Shown here piece after piece: positions 13,259-27,460 of a stretch of DNA of 64,000 bases. The notes beneath the pieces were generated by a model, which was given only the letters and a program-made list of their open reading frames with translations, had not been told where the DNA came from and ran no database searches. How positions within the stretch are numbered: position 1 is the stretch's first letter; every line of letters starts with the position of its first letter. Position numbers and translations under genes: made by a program. Origin of the DNA: Octopus vulgaris (lineage: Eukaryota); assembly GCA_951406725.2 (NCBI GenBank), contig OX597826.1, positions 78,120,001-78,184,000 on the forward strand, read 5' to 3'.

Positions 13259-13718
13259 AGGAGCAGGCGTGGCTGTGTGGTAAGTAGCTTGCTTACCAAC
13301 CATATGGTTCCGGGTTCAGTCCCACTGCGTAACACTTTGGGCAAGTATTTTCTACTATAGCCTCGGACCAACCAAAGCCTTATGAGTGGATTTGTTAGAC
13401 GGAAACTGTATGTATGTATGTATGTATGTATGTATGTATGTTTGTATGTTTGTATGTATGTATGTATGTATGTATGTATGTATGTATGTATGTGTGTGTA
13501 TGTTGTGTGTCTCTGTTTGTCCACCCACCATCGCTTGACAACTGATGCTGGTGTGTTCACGTCCCCGTAACTTAGCGGTTCGGGAAAGCGACCGATAGAA
13601 TAAGTACTAGGCTTACAGAGAATAAGTTCTGGGTTCGATTTGCTCGACTAAAGGCAGTGCTTCAGCATGGCCGCAGTCAAATAACTGAAACCAATAAAAT
13701 AATAAAATGAAATAAAAA
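13259..13718 (+). mobile_element. tRNA-derived SINE family 1, full length, internal (TATG)n
   Basis: A-box-like tggctgtgtgg, B-box-like gggttcagtccc, body, tail, A-rich end. Confidence 0.93.
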
Positions 13719-13745
13719 AATATGCAGATTCGACGCTGTTCCTTA

Positions 13746-13827
<82 letters not shown>

Positions 13828-13846
13828 TGTTGTTGTTGTTGTTGTT

Positions 13847-13890
<44 letters not shown>
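13746..13890. repeat. (GTA)n-(GTT)n-(GTA)n
   Basis: Direct reading. Confidence 0.97.
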
Positions 13891-13891
<1 letters not shown>

Positions 13892-15127
13892 ATGATTGAA
13901 TACTGAAATAGATGGAGTCTAAGAGTCATCTAAAATGTGTACCCACATTGCTCACATCGAAGCAGTTGTACTGAATGACCCGAGGTGGGAGGGGGGGGCA
14001 ATTGAATGACATCTGGTCAAACATACAAGTCAATAACGAGATTCTCAGTCCATAACCAATCAAACTGCCATGATTCCATCCCTTGCCATCTCTTCATCCC
14101 TCCTCTCTCTCTCTCCATCCCTCCTCTCTCTCTCTCACTCCCTGCCTCTCTCCCTCTCTCTCTCTCAATCCCCCCACATCTCTCTCTCTGACGACTTTTG
14201 CTTTAATTTTTTTACTTCCATATTCCCTTCTCTCGTTTCTTTTTCCAATTCTTTCTTAATCAGCTTTTCTCCTTTAAAATGTATTTTTTTCTGAATGATT
14301 CCTTGGTCGATTTTCAATTCGCAGAAACGACCAAAGCTCAGTATCTTACAGAACATCCATTAAAACAAAAACAAACAAAAGCAAAAAATAAAATAAGGGA
14401 CATGCACGAATATTGGACAAACAACACCGGCCCACATTTGACGTAGAAAGCCATCGCGTATTTATGTATACATGTGAAGAAACATGCACGCAAACGTATG
14501 AACAACAACACACACACACACACAGACGTGCACAGGAATACAAAGTCGAAAAGGTACGTGTGCACAAGCGAACATGGCCGAACATGCATAGATATATGCA
14601 AAAGTATATGGTGTATGTGTGTGTGTGTGTGTGTGTGTGAGTGTGCGTGCGCCGATGAACGGGAAACCGGTGCAAATTTGTTCATGCGATTTTTTTATGC
14701 TCACGTAATTGATGATTGGCGGTCTTGTGAATCACGTGTTCAATGCAGAACCGGCAGTAAACAGATCACCTTTTCCGTGTGCTTTGTATGATACATACAT
14801 TCATACAGACATACAATCATACAAATATTCATGCATACATACATACATACATGCATACATACATACATGCATACATACATACATGCATACATACATACAT
14901 GCATACATACATACATGCATACATACATACATACATACATACATACATAGATGCATGCATGCATACATACATACATACATACACACATACATACATAGAT
15001 GCATGCATGCATACATACATACATACATACATACATACATGCATGCATGCATGCATGCATGCATGCATACATACATACATACATACATATCGTACAAGGC
15101 TGTTTGTGTATGGTTGGTGTCCGTATA

Positions 15128-15207
<80 letters not shown>

Positions 15208-15506
15208 AAAAATACAAACTGGGACAAGAACGCAAAACATTCAGAAGACGATACAAAAGACTCAGACGAGTCATTCGAAGCCTTTAATCTTCAGTCAAGA
15301 ACCGGATCATCCTCGCAATTTCGGCTGATTAATCTTGAGATTGCTCCACTCTGGCCAGCCCCAAGGAAAACTAAGCTAAGAGCATTACATTCCTTGGAAA
15401 TACACACACACGTACACACAAACAGACGTACGCACACAAGCATACATATTTATATTCATATGTAGAGGAATGCATTGTAGACATGTAAGTATTCATGTAT
15501 TTATAT

Positions 15507-15606
15507 ACTCTTTTACTTGTTTCAGTCATTTGACTGCGGCCATGCTGGAGCACCGCCTTTTAATCGAGCAAATCGATCCCGGGACTTATTCATTGTAAGC
15601 CTAGTA
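15507..15606 (-). mobile_element. SINE family 1 3' tail
   Basis: Reverse complement of the 2755-2851 segment. Confidence 0.9.
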
Positions 15607-15609
15607 TAT

Positions 15610-15800
15610 AAAAAAAACAAAAACACAGAAAACAAACTTTTTTCGAACAACGAAAGAAACAAATAGAGAAACGAGACAGAAACATAACGAACAATCCCTT
15701 CATCAGTTGTCCCCTGTTTTATCTACTCCCAGTTTTTGGAAGGTTGAGACAAGACGCGACTTCGTTAAAACAGTCGTTCCCGCAAAGCAATTTAAATTTA
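15610..15800. mobile_element. Repeat related to the arms of the 52713-52996 fold-back (pLTR-like)
   Basis: tcgaacaacgaaagaaacaaataga...catcagt shared with 52804-52865. Confidence 0.55.
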
Positions 15801-15836
15801 TATATATTCACACACACACACAGATATATATTTATA

Positions 15837-15927
<91 letters not shown>

Positions 15928-16167
15928 ATATGTGTTAGAGTGAGTAGGTGTCGGAGCCAGTCCGCCAGTTGTTATGGCATCGTTATGATAGCATAGTGAG
16001 ATGTGACAGTTGCAATATAGAATGGTATACTAATACTCAATAGAGACTGCTTGAGGGTATATAGTGTGTTGCCATAGCAACGGAATAGACGTTACAGGGT
16101 ATTTACCTGATTAGTGTTGCGTTCACAGTTGATTAGTCTGTCGGTGCGATCAGAAGCGTTGGTAGCG

Positions 16168-16198
<31 letters not shown>

Positions 16199-16633
16199 CG
16201 ACGACGATAGAGCGGATGTACGTGTCTATCAATGTGTGTGTATGGCTGTGTGCCTTGTGTGTGTGTTTGTGTGTGTGTTTGTGTGTGTGTGTGTGCGAAA
16301 GCGCATAAAATTTACAATTTCCACAAGATACGCATTCGCGCAGTTGTATTTATCTTTTTATCCACCTATCCGTCAATCTAGCAGTCTGTCTGTCTGTCTG
16401 TCTAGCTGTCTGTCTATCCATCTATCTATCTATTTATATCTATATCTTTACTTATCTATCTACCAATATGTATCTATCTATTTCTATCTGTCTATCTACT
16501 TATATCTTTTTATCTATCTATATCTGTCTGTCTGTCTGTCCTTCTATCGGTCAGTCCTTCAATCGGTCAGTCCTTCTATCAGTCTGTCTATCTCTCTGCC
16601 TGTTTTTTTATTGTCAACCAATCTAAGCGTGCG

Positions 16634-16713
<80 letters not shown>

Positions 16714-16899
16714 CAAACACACACACACACACATACACACACACGAACCTTATGACGAAAATATTAGAAAATAGGACATAACGTCTTTGTTCTTAACTTA
16801 CCATAATTCGTTGAAAAGGCCTCCATCAGTAAAAAAACTCTTTCTCTCTACCCTGGTAGCCTTCACCAAAAGCAGTGCATTTGGGGCCATCTTTGAATT

Positions 16900-17360
16900 C
16901 AACTCTTCAATTTATACTATTCTTAACGAGGTGGCATTCCTTTTTTCTCTTTTTCTTCTTATTTTAATACTTCTAAGTGAATCCTTTATTTTTCTCTGTC
17001 TCCTTATTTCACAGTTCTTTTGCTTCGCTGATCCTTTCCTCCTCTGACTCCCTATTTCACTGATCCAACCATTACGTCACTAATCCTTAACTTCAATGAC
17101 CTTTGTCTCCCTGATTTCTTACTTCCCTGATACTTTACTCACTCTTAAATCCTCTGGCACTTTTTTTCTCTAATCCTAAAGGATTATATATAATGCTTTA
17201 CACCCCTGAAATTTAATGTCACTGATCCATTGCCTCATTGATCCTTATCTCACGGGTTCTTTATCTCATCCATCCTTTACTTCAAATAATCCTCCATAAC
17301 ATTGATCCTTTAAATGATTGATCTTTTCGTTAATTCTACTTATCGAAGTACCTTTATCTT
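16900..17360. repeat. Degenerate ~16-nt minisatellite (consensus near CTGATCCTTTATTTCA)
   Basis: Recurring tgatcc/taatcc landmarks. Confidence 0.65.
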
Positions 17361-17643
17361 CAACCTGTTGCATAATTCTTTGCATCCAACATCATATAAG
17401 TCAGATTCTCATAAAATGAAGAAGTCCTTTAATATGAGTTGAGAGACTGTGTGAGATTGGTTTATATGAATATATATTTCATATTTTTTAACGATTTATT
17501 GCTACAGACGTGTAATGGTTTATCATAATAGTTCTGTGAAAAGATGTTGAAATTAAATTTTTAAAGTTATTATATAAAAAAAATGTTGAAATAATATATT
17601 TCTAAATCTCTTAGAGAGATTTATGCAGTAGCAGCACGATGAA

Positions 17644-18065
17644 GTGATAGCATGTTGTCAACTTAATGTAAGAGTCCCATAAAAGGGAAGAATGCTACAG
17701 TTATTTAGCCCTAGGAAACACTGTTTTCAAAGTGGAGGCAAGCACCTGTGAGAGATTTAGAAGTATATTATTTCTATTTTCAAAAATCAGTGAATGTATT
17801 TCATTTGAGATCTATATGTTTTCAAAGGCAGACAGGCATCGACAGCTAGCAAACCATGCAACTCCGGACTGATGACGAACAATGACTCTGAAACTAGTCT
17901 CTGGAGGCTGGCTTTGCTCGGTGGAGGTGCTTGTCTCCCTTCTTTGAAAACATAAGTACACAGGAAATGCGTCCAGTCCAACAGGAAACGGTGTTTCCTA
18001 GGGATAAATCACAGTAGCATTCTTCCCTTTTATGGGACTGTCACATTAAGTTGACATGCTATCAC
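17644..18065. mobile_element. Inverted-repeat-bounded ORF-less element containing a hammerhead motif (PLE pLTR-like)
   Basis: Arms 17644-17726 and 17986-18065 (~6 mismatches plus a 3-nt indel); inner arms 17722-17747 and 17925-17951. Confidence 0.8.
17862..17906 (+). ncRNA. Minimal type I hammerhead ribozyme motif
   Basis: ctccgga-CTGATGA-(14 nt)-GAAA-ctag-TC-tctggag; 7-bp stem I, palindromic stem III (actagt), weak stem II. Confidence 0.8.
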
Positions 18066-19053
18066 ATGCTATAGACAAATATTGTTTGTTGCAATATTTT
18101 ATGTTTTCTAAATCTGATCAAAGTCCCGCCTTGCATCACCTTTCCTCTTCCTCACACCAAGGAAACATCGCGAGACAACTAATATCTTTCTATACACGAT
18201 TTCCTTTGGAATTTTGACTCACATATTTCCGATTAGTGTCCGTCTATCAGCAAAATATGGATCCCCTATGTAGTCATACAACCTGCTTGAAATGTCGACT
18301 AAATCTCCTTCAAATAACTGTCTTGCAAAGGAAATGAAATGTTTAAAAGTAAAAAGATGGGAAGGTTACGGTTGGAATAATGCTATACCTGGTTATTTTG
18401 GTTCGTGTATGGAAGGTATTGAACGCTAATTAAAATAACAAAACTCCGATCTCTCGTGACAAGTTTCTATGAGGAAACCTTCGAAAGAATCTTCTATGAA
18501 GTGAGTTTGAAAGATGCTAAACAAGATTTTACCTACTCGTATTTCCAGGTGAAAACACATATTTCTAACCTGTATTGTATGCAAATGTTGTCAAGTGCTA
18601 ATATATATATATGTATACATGTATGTATGCATGCTTGTATGTATGCATGTATGTATGTATGTATGTATGTATGTATGTATGTATGTATGTATGTATGTAT
18701 GTATGTATGTATGTATGTATGTATGCATGTAAGTATGTAAGTATGTATGTATGTATGTATGTATGTATGTATATGTTTGTGTGTGCACATAGGAGTATAT
18801 ATATATACATACATACATACATACATACATGCATACATGTGTGTATCTGTGCGTGTATGTACTTACACAGACACTCATATATTTACTTTTATATATAATG
18901 CCTCTTACATGAAGACTATCAAGCATGACAGTAACATGTAGGCTTTATATTTATGTATATATATGTGTGTGTGTGTATAAATAATTGTATATATATATGC
19001 ATGTATCTATGTATATATATATATATATATATTACACATATATCTCTATATAA

Positions 19054-19129
<76 letters not shown>

Positions 19130-19620
19130 ATATATGTATATATAGACAGAGAGAGAGAGAAATACATAGATATCTTGGTTGTTCTACCAGTCTCTTGACT
19201 GAAGCGATGTTTTTTATCCGTGCCTATTGACATCTGGATGTACACAAGTGCTCTTACCGAACGTAAATGCAGAAGTATTTTGCAAAAGAGTATAACTAGA
19301 CTCGTAGACACAAACACACAAATACACACACACCAGCCCACTTCCGCACACCTATGTATTCTGTGTGTGTGTGTGTGTATGTGTGTGTGTGTGTGTGTAT
19401 GTGTGTGAATGTGTATGTGGGTGAATGTGTGCGTGCGCGAGCGATGTGCTTGTCCTCAAATGCATTATATTGTGAATTAATACACATAACACACACACAC
19501 ACACACACACACATATATGTATATATATATATATATATATATACATATATATATTCATACAGATATGTATGCGTATGTATGTGCAAAATTAAGTATATCC
19601 ACACACGCAGTTTATATATA

Positions 19621-19656
<36 letters not shown>

Positions 19657-20090
19657 TGTATGTATGTATGTATATATGTGTGTATATAAGTGTGTGTATG
19701 TATGCATGTGTGTGTGTATGTATGTATGTATATGTATATATTATACAAATTTGTATGTATAAATGTATGTATATATGTGTATATATACACATACATATAT
19801 CATACGTATACATGTATGCATACAAATATACTTATATACGTATATACTTCTGTACACACACACACTAGTGATTTTTGAGTTCATTCCGAGGTGAATATCT
19901 TTTCGTACATTTTTATATTTCTAACGAGGAAAGGAAAGAAAATAAAGGAGAGAAATGATGTGAAGAGGAAGGAAAACAGAGCCAGAAGTGGAGTGCTTGA
20001 CACCGAGTCATATTCATCGTATTCATTGCACTGAAGACATGTTGGAGTAGCGCTTTCAGAGCTCTAGTGCTTCTTATTGAGTTTAACGCC

Positions 20091-20144
<54 letters not shown>

Positions 20145-20158
20145 TATGGTATTCCAAT

Positions 20159-20185
20159 CCCTAGCAACGCCGGGTATATCTACTA

Positions 20186-20187
<2 letters not shown>
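20159..20187 (+). mobile_element. Helitron 3' end stub
   Basis: ccctagcaacgccgggtatatctactaag matches the 3' end of the element at 48374-48401. Confidence 0.6.
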
Positions 20188-20219
<32 letters not shown>

Positions 20220-20536
20220 GTACTATAATATTATATGGTATATGTGTGTGTGTGTGTGTCGGTGTGTGTGTGTATGATAAAGTCACTGCCGCCTTAGCTC
20301 TTACATTGTCTTTACTAATATCTCCATGATAGAGTTAAGAAATCTAATCAATCACCCAAAGCTATAAGATCAGCGACCTTCCACGAAGGTACACCAATTC
20401 GTGGAAGGTTGTTGGTCTTATTTCGCGCTATGATTGATTGTTATATTTTATTCGTTCACAAAACCTTCGGTAAGCAAGCGTTTTCCACACATTTGCCAAA
20501 ACAATACATGTAACTATGCATCGATGTACATACATG

Positions 20537-20575
<39 letters not shown>

Positions 20576-20997
20576 ACACACACATATATGTACGTACATA
20601 TATACGTATATATATAATATATGTGCTTGTGTGTGTGATAGATATATATACATATGTATTTAAATGTAAATATGGGTGTGTATATGTAACTGCATAAATG
20701 TGTGTGCTTGTATGTATAAGCAAATCAATAGCATAATACCGCTTTAGTACGGGGTCTGAGGTATGCTTCTAATCGACAAGTGATGCTCACACTACAGAAC
20801 AATAACTGTCATTCGCATCTCGAGGCTCATCTTCTCGCCACGAGGAATAATCTATGCGCACGCATAGAAATATATATTATATGCATTACATATAAGTATA
20901 CATAAAGTGGGAGTGTTAGATAGACAGAAATATACTTGCTTATGTGCTTGCGGATAGTGTATACATTTATCATTTATGTTCACATGTATGTATACAA

Positions 20998-21029
<32 letters not shown>

Positions 21030-21059
21030 CAAAATAAGTAACAAGGGTATCCAGATGTA

Positions 21060-21153
21060 ATGCAGTACGATCGTTTCATGCGACTCCATTCATTTGAACA
21101 ATTCAATCATTTCATTACATCAATTTATAATCTAGAGCAATCTTCAGCTGCAC
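21060..21153 (-). ncRNA. Type I hammerhead ribozyme motif with long stem II region
   Basis: Minus strand: gtgcag-CTGAAGA-(63 nt)-GAAA-cgatcg-TA-ctgcat; 6-bp stem I, palindromic stem III (acgatcgt). Confidence 0.8.
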
Positions 21154-21257
21154 AAAGACATAGAATTTAATTAAATTAGAACAGAAGGATACATTAGTAT
21201 AATTTTACCTAAAATCTCCAGGAAGTTAAGGAGATAGACAAAGAACATGTTGTACCA

Positions 21258-21341
21258 ACAACATCATAGTTGTAACAGAGTTACAACTATGATGTTGTAT
21301 ACTTTAGTTAGTATACACATGTGTGTATACAAACTAAAGTA
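21258..21341. repeat. Two abutting palindromes
   Basis: Perfect 19-bp arms with 3-nt loop (21258-21298); 20-bp arms with one mismatch (21300-21341). Confidence 0.92.
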
Positions 21342-22904
21342 AATGGCAGTCAATATATCGTGTTGAGTTTATACTTGTAGACGGGCAGTATGAGGTTTTG
21401 TAGGACCATAACGCAAAATATCACAGAGGGGAGAGTACTTGCCTTTGATATTCTACAGTCGATATGATTAGTCAAAATAATTAACTGAAGACAACTAACA
21501 AGCGGAAAGTAATCTGGTGTAATTATCCTCCCAATTTTACTTCATTATAAATATTAATTTGTATTTTCTATCTTTTGTAAAGTACTACTTTCTGACTACG
21601 CACATACACCATAAACTATTCAACGCATGTAATAATAAGGTTGGCTGTTTATTCCGGCCTTGATAACATCGGTTCTCTTATCCAAAGTGGTGGAAACTGT
21701 CAAGAGAACTGAATAGCTAAAGGTCTTCAGAGAAAACCACCTACTTCAGGCAAGTGGTTCGGTCCTAAACTTCTTACACTCGAGGAGGCCGGGCCAGGCC
21801 GCATCTAGGTTATGACTCCTGGATACCGTCAGCTGACACTATTTAACCATTCGGGTATCGATGTTTTGAGCATTTAAACCGCTTGGAGATTTCAACTAGT
21901 AACTCTTGTCCGTTGTCTCAGCTTTGAAACAAATACCTAAAGGAGAAATAATGTCGGTTGTCATGGTAGCCGAAGTCAGATTTCTGTACTATATAGAGGT
22001 AAATGCTATCAGATGGTAACCAGAGGAATGATACGAAATACACCGACATTGATGATATACCAAAGTTGGTATAATCAACAGCTGGATTCTTTTAATTTTA
22101 GAGCAGGGTAAATTCCACTTCTCTCTCCGTTCCTCATTGGAATCTTGGAGACCAAGTACTGACTACTCCGCTAAAACTTGTTAATGGAACTCACGCATAC
22201 TGCAATAGATCACTGAATTGTAGATTCTGTCTCGCTGAGAAATAGCATATCCTGAACTAAACCATCAACAGGAACTTCGCAGTTGCCTCCAGTTGCCATG
22301 ACAAGCGAGTTTCAACAGTCAACCTCAAAGGATTGCCTCCTGGCAAACGAAGGTTAATCTCGGATAAAAACGCCTGGCTGTTTGCATCCGTTTTCATCAT
22401 GTGACTCGATTTGCTCAATCGGAACGAAGCTAATTGACGTAGAACCATGGTTTACTATGAATATTTGATGGATTAGACATGTGTTCTTTCGCCTATAAAA
22501 CTCCGAGTAATTGCTACATAAACATCAGCCATACATCTACGGATAAAAAAACTCTATATAATGTATTGAAATAGATTTTTCGTTCATTTTTACAACCACA
22601 CAGGTACCAGTTTATATGTATGTGTGTGGAAGTATGTGTGTGTGTATGTAAGTGTGTGTGTATGTATGGAAGTGTGTGTGTGTATGGAAGTGTGTTTGTG
22701 CGTGTATGGAAATGTGTGTGTGTGTGTGTGTATGGAAGTGTGTGAGTGTGTGCTATCTCTCGATCTCTTTATGTTTCTGGTTGCATTGGGCGCGAAATGG
22801 TTTTCGTTGTGAAGATAATAATACAACTTGTGATGAATGTTGTCTGGCTGAAGGTGTGGAGGGGGTGGAGGGGTGAGGGAAGAAATGAATGTGTCGATGG
22901 TTTT

Positions 22905-22920
22905 TCTTTTGTTGTTGTTG

Positions 22921-22987
<67 letters not shown>

Positions 22988-23100
22988 AAGTAGAAGAAGA
23001 AGAAGAAGAAGAAGAAGAAGAAGAAGAAGAAGAAGAAGAAGAAGAAGAAGAAGAAGAAGAAGAAGAAGAAGAAGAAGAAGAAGAAGAAGAAGGAGAAGAA
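22905..23100. repeat. (GTT)-(GCA)-(GTA)-(GAA) compound trinucleotide array
   Basis: Direct reading. Confidence 0.95.
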
Positions 23101-23826
23101 GTTGCTGTTGTAGCAGAAGTGGGGTTAAGATTAGTGATGATCATTGTGGTAGTGGTGGTGGTGGTGGCACAGGTTGCTGTTGTAGTTTAGGCAAAGGTCA
23201 TCCAAACTGAGTTGGATTATGATCAAAGACATTCCAACCATGGCCAATCCATTTTTTTTTCTATGTGTAAGACTACATCCATTTACATATAAACGTTTAG
23301 GTGACAGGGAAAATTGCGGACGATTTGGCTGCTATTTCAGGTAGATGCAGCAACCAAATAGAGGACGACACATTAGTCCACAAGACGGCGCTGGTGCCAA
23401 TATTGGTGCTGGTAATGGCTATGAAGGAACTCATCATTTCTGAGAGTTGACGGTTCCTATATATCACACACTGACAGTAGCGGAATGTACATTTGGTTTC
23501 TACACACCTACCATTTCTTGGAATTACTATTATAGCTCTCGTTGCTGTTGTTGTTGTTGTTACTGTTATTGCGACATGTTGCTGCTGTTGTTGTTGTTGT
23601 TGTTGTTGTTTCTGTCACAGTCTCATCTTGCTATGTGGAGTTATAAGACGAACTGACAGGTAAAAGATAGGAAACGAAGACAAGGAAGAAGGCAATAAAT
23701 ACGGGAATAGCAAGAAACAAGTCATTTGTGAAGTGTGCAGATTGATGGAGTGAAGCTAATGCGTTTTTACAGCTGTATTTACGAACATGTGCAAATTCAT
23801 ACATACATACCAGCATACCTACATGC

Positions 23827-23898
<72 letters not shown>

Positions 23899-24207
23899 AT
23901 GTATATATACACGTAGACATAAACACATGCACTCATAGTCACATATGCACATATGCACACGTATACACCCCCGCCACACATATAGCGGCGATAAAAGGAG
24001 ATATAGAAGACAAGAGAGAAATAGAAAAATAGAAAGAGAAAAGATGCGGGCGTATATATATATATATAGACACACACACACACACACACACACACAACCA
24101 TACACACACACACACACACACGCACGCGCACACACACAAAGGAGATAGTGATATAAATATTCTTATACACATACATATATTTATATGTGTGTGTATGTAT
24201 GTATACG

Positions 24208-24241
<34 letters not shown>

Positions 24242-24460
24242 AGTGTGTGAGTGTGTGACTGTGTGTGTATGTATAAATGGAACAAAAACGCAACAGAGGG
24301 CATTAAGCATTCGGACAGATAGACTATACAAACGCGGACATGAGAAACAACAATTAGAATAACAGGCAAAAAAAGACGGTTGGTTTTCTTTCATCAGACA
24401 AGTCCCAGAAGTCACGACCATTTCAGGCAGTTAGACTCGATACGTACATACATACATACA

Positions 24461-24517
<57 letters not shown>

Positions 24518-24541
24518 CATACACACACACACATACATACA

Positions 24542-24590
<49 letters not shown>

Positions 24591-25319
24591 TTCATACACA
24601 CACACACATACATACATACATACATACACCCGTTTAGATACATAAACGAGAGAGTCTCAATAAATGAAGTTGGAATTATATTTCGCTTAAAACTTAGAAT
24701 TCACCTTTTCACTAATCAAAATTGTTCCCTATAACGGTATCACCGTGCACCAAAATTAATAGAACCACCACTATTAGCACCCCTCCCCATCCCTTGAACG
24801 ACTAACACCAACAAAAGCAGTATTAACAAGAGAAGTACCTCCGTCCAAAATATAGGACAACCAAATGATTCAACATTTAGAATACACTCGTGTACTAGAT
24901 AACTGAAAGCAACAATAATGCTATCATCATAACAATGTCTGTAGATACATGTGTTGTATGTCAGCACAACGGTGTGTGGGCATGTGTCTGTGATGTTGAG
25001 AGAGAGAGCGCGCGAGAGTATAGTTTTGTGGCTCAAGGAATATGTGCCTATGAATTTAAAAACCTTTTGAGAAACTGTTTTCAAACAGCACTTCCTCTAG
25101 CCTTACTCCATCACTATTTCTTTTTATTCCTCTCCTTACATCCATAGGAATAAGACGACGATTTTTAACTTTCAAAAAATAACACTTTCGTTCCGCTGTT
25201 ACGCTTTACTACCTCAATCTATTGGATAATTGTTGATCATAGCCGTCATTGGATTTGCCAACAATTTTAGATGTCTGGTACGTAACCGTCAAATGAAACT
25301 GAAGGCAGTAAAGCATACA

Positions 25320-26230
25320 GGAAAAGCAAAGGATATTCGACTTGATTTAAAAAGGTTTCATGGGAAGGAAAATGTGAGTCACATTGCCATAACTTTATAG
25401 CTTACAGTAGAAACAATGCGTAACAAGAGACAGAAAATTAATCTAAGTGCTCAACCAGTTACTATATTAAATGCATAGACTATTTTTCCATAGATCTTGT
25501 ATGATGCTCTTGAGTATATAGATCGTGTGTCAGACTGGCATAGTGTGCCGATAAGGTAAAATTTCGTACGACGATTAGCGGACAAAACGAAACATGTAAT
25601 GAAAGAACATTTTCTGGCTAGTAAAGCCTTCTCTGAACGATTTAAAAACCGCCTGAATTGGCACAACATTAAAATGACATGTGCAGATGTCAGTATTGAT
25701 ACAAACGCTTCAACTAATTATCCTGATGAGGGGGAAAAGTACTATGACTAAAGGGGAAAACACACCAAAGGAATTATAAGATGTTGATGGAACTACACAT
25801 ATTTGGAGGTTCATGCTTTCTACAATTTATATTTCTCCAAGAGCAAAAATATCAACACCAGAATTTAAGTCTTCCAAAACTCGTCTGACGATTTGCTGCT
25901 TGTGATAAGAAATTAAAATGCCTGCTCGTGAGTCACTCTCACAATCGAAGGGCTTTTAAAGAATCTCACAAAATATAATCTACATCTGATTTGGTGCTCA
26001 AAGAGAAAGGGAATATTAAAAAACTTTTCAAACAGTGATAGCAACCCCGATAGAGCTGGTCAGAACCGTAATCATTTTTGGTGTTAGCAAGTCTAACAGT
26101 GAACGTAACATGTTGCGAGGTCCTACACCAAGCTGTACAAATAGATGATGAACCATAAACATTTAACACCTTAACATAAGGTAACGTTCATCATCCTCCT
26201 ACAACCGACATTCCACCAGCACAACCCATC
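25320..26230 (+). mobile_element. Tigger/pogo-family transposase pseudogene
   Basis: FLASKAFSERFKNRLNWHNIK, DVDGTTHIWRFM.STIYIS, PEFKSSKTRLT match Tigger F.ASKGWF.RFK.R, N.DETGLFWK.MP and PGFK..KDRLT; stops and frameshifts. Confidence 0.78.
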
Positions 26231-26283
26231 ACACTGTAGTCGACATCATTTGTGGTAAGAACGTACCCTGTTACGATGATATT

Positions 26284-26321
<38 letters not shown>

Positions 26322-26334
26322 TATTATTATTATA

Positions 26335-26668
26335 TGAAAAATCACAGCTTATTTTGCTGGTAATGATGGAAAGTGTCAGCTGTCCACAGCCAGTAGACTA
26401 AGGTGACACTTGTTTACTGGTCATGCTTCCAGAACCCTACGAAGAATTCTTGCACTTCCAAGCAATGCAGATTTTTGTAAGTGTTCTACCTTCACAGTTG
26501 AACTGATCTTTTCCAGCCATGCTGGTAGTTGAGTGCTGATACTTCCAGTTTCTCCAATTACTATTAGCATCACGTCTACTCTCTTCGTTGATCACAACCT
26601 TCCTATTTCCCACTTTAAATCGTCATAGTTGTTTAATTTTTCTTCTTCTTTCACATTGATCCTGTTCT
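26335..26668 (-). mobile_element. R4/Dong-clade LINE 3' end (REL endonuclease C-terminus and 3'UTR)
   Basis: KEEEKLNNYDDLKWEIGRL*...IVIGETG...LQKSALLGSARILRRVLEA*; 3' end abuts (AAT)n/(GAT)n on the element strand. Confidence 0.85.
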
Positions 26669-27099
26669 TCTTAATATTATTGTTGTTCTTGTTGTTGTTG
26701 TTGTTGTTATTATTCATTCCCTAGTGTATTTCTCTTAAAATATTTCCATGTACACAAATTACACTGTAAATGTTTAGGAAGAGTTATTTTCATGTTTAAA
26801 AGTGGTCGTGTTGTTTGTTTCTAGTTGTTTGGAACGAATTCCCATGTTATACGAAAATCAATCGGAAAACTAATTTACGTAATGAGATTTCACTTTACGG
26901 GGTTTCCTGCTTGTAAAAGCAGGAGCGGGAGTGCCCACAAAAGGTTGGCATGGCCCGCAGGACGTGCTCCTGGAATCTTAGAACTTTCTAGTTTTGGGAT
27001 GCTCCTGCAATTATCCTTCTGTTTTCTACCTTCATCCATCCTCATTTCTTTGAATATTGCTTTTCCCTATGGTCTTCCTACACAAACAAACTATTACAA

Positions 27100-27460
27100 T
27101 AATTGAAGCGCTCCAGAAACGAATCACAAACAAAATAGACATGACAGGCGTTAATTACAGGGATCGGCTCAAGAAACTCGGACTCTGTTACCCCTACTCC
27201 GCCGTGAGCGCTAAATCATTTGTGTAGTGTGAGAAATATTCCATCAACATTGCCGGAAAAATCCCAAATAATGTTAGCATCAGCTACAGATCTATGCGTT
27301 ACTTGGTCCCTTAACCATCCGTCCTCTACACAATTCATGTTTGTGTCACACCACAACACTTGCACAAAGTTGTTTCACTTTAACTGGCCGTGCACTTAAA
27401 ATATCAACCAAAGACAATATGAGAAGAAAACTTTGCCATGGACAAATTCCTGCAACAAAT
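27100..27460 (+). mobile_element. Decayed CR1-group LINE 3' fragment
   Basis: IEALQKRITNKID.., NYRDRLKKLGL.., RRER, homologous to 3415-3530. Confidence 0.72.

Noticed and set aside
13259-13335. tRNA gene
   Set aside because: A/B-box-like head continues into a SINE body; no complete cloverleaf
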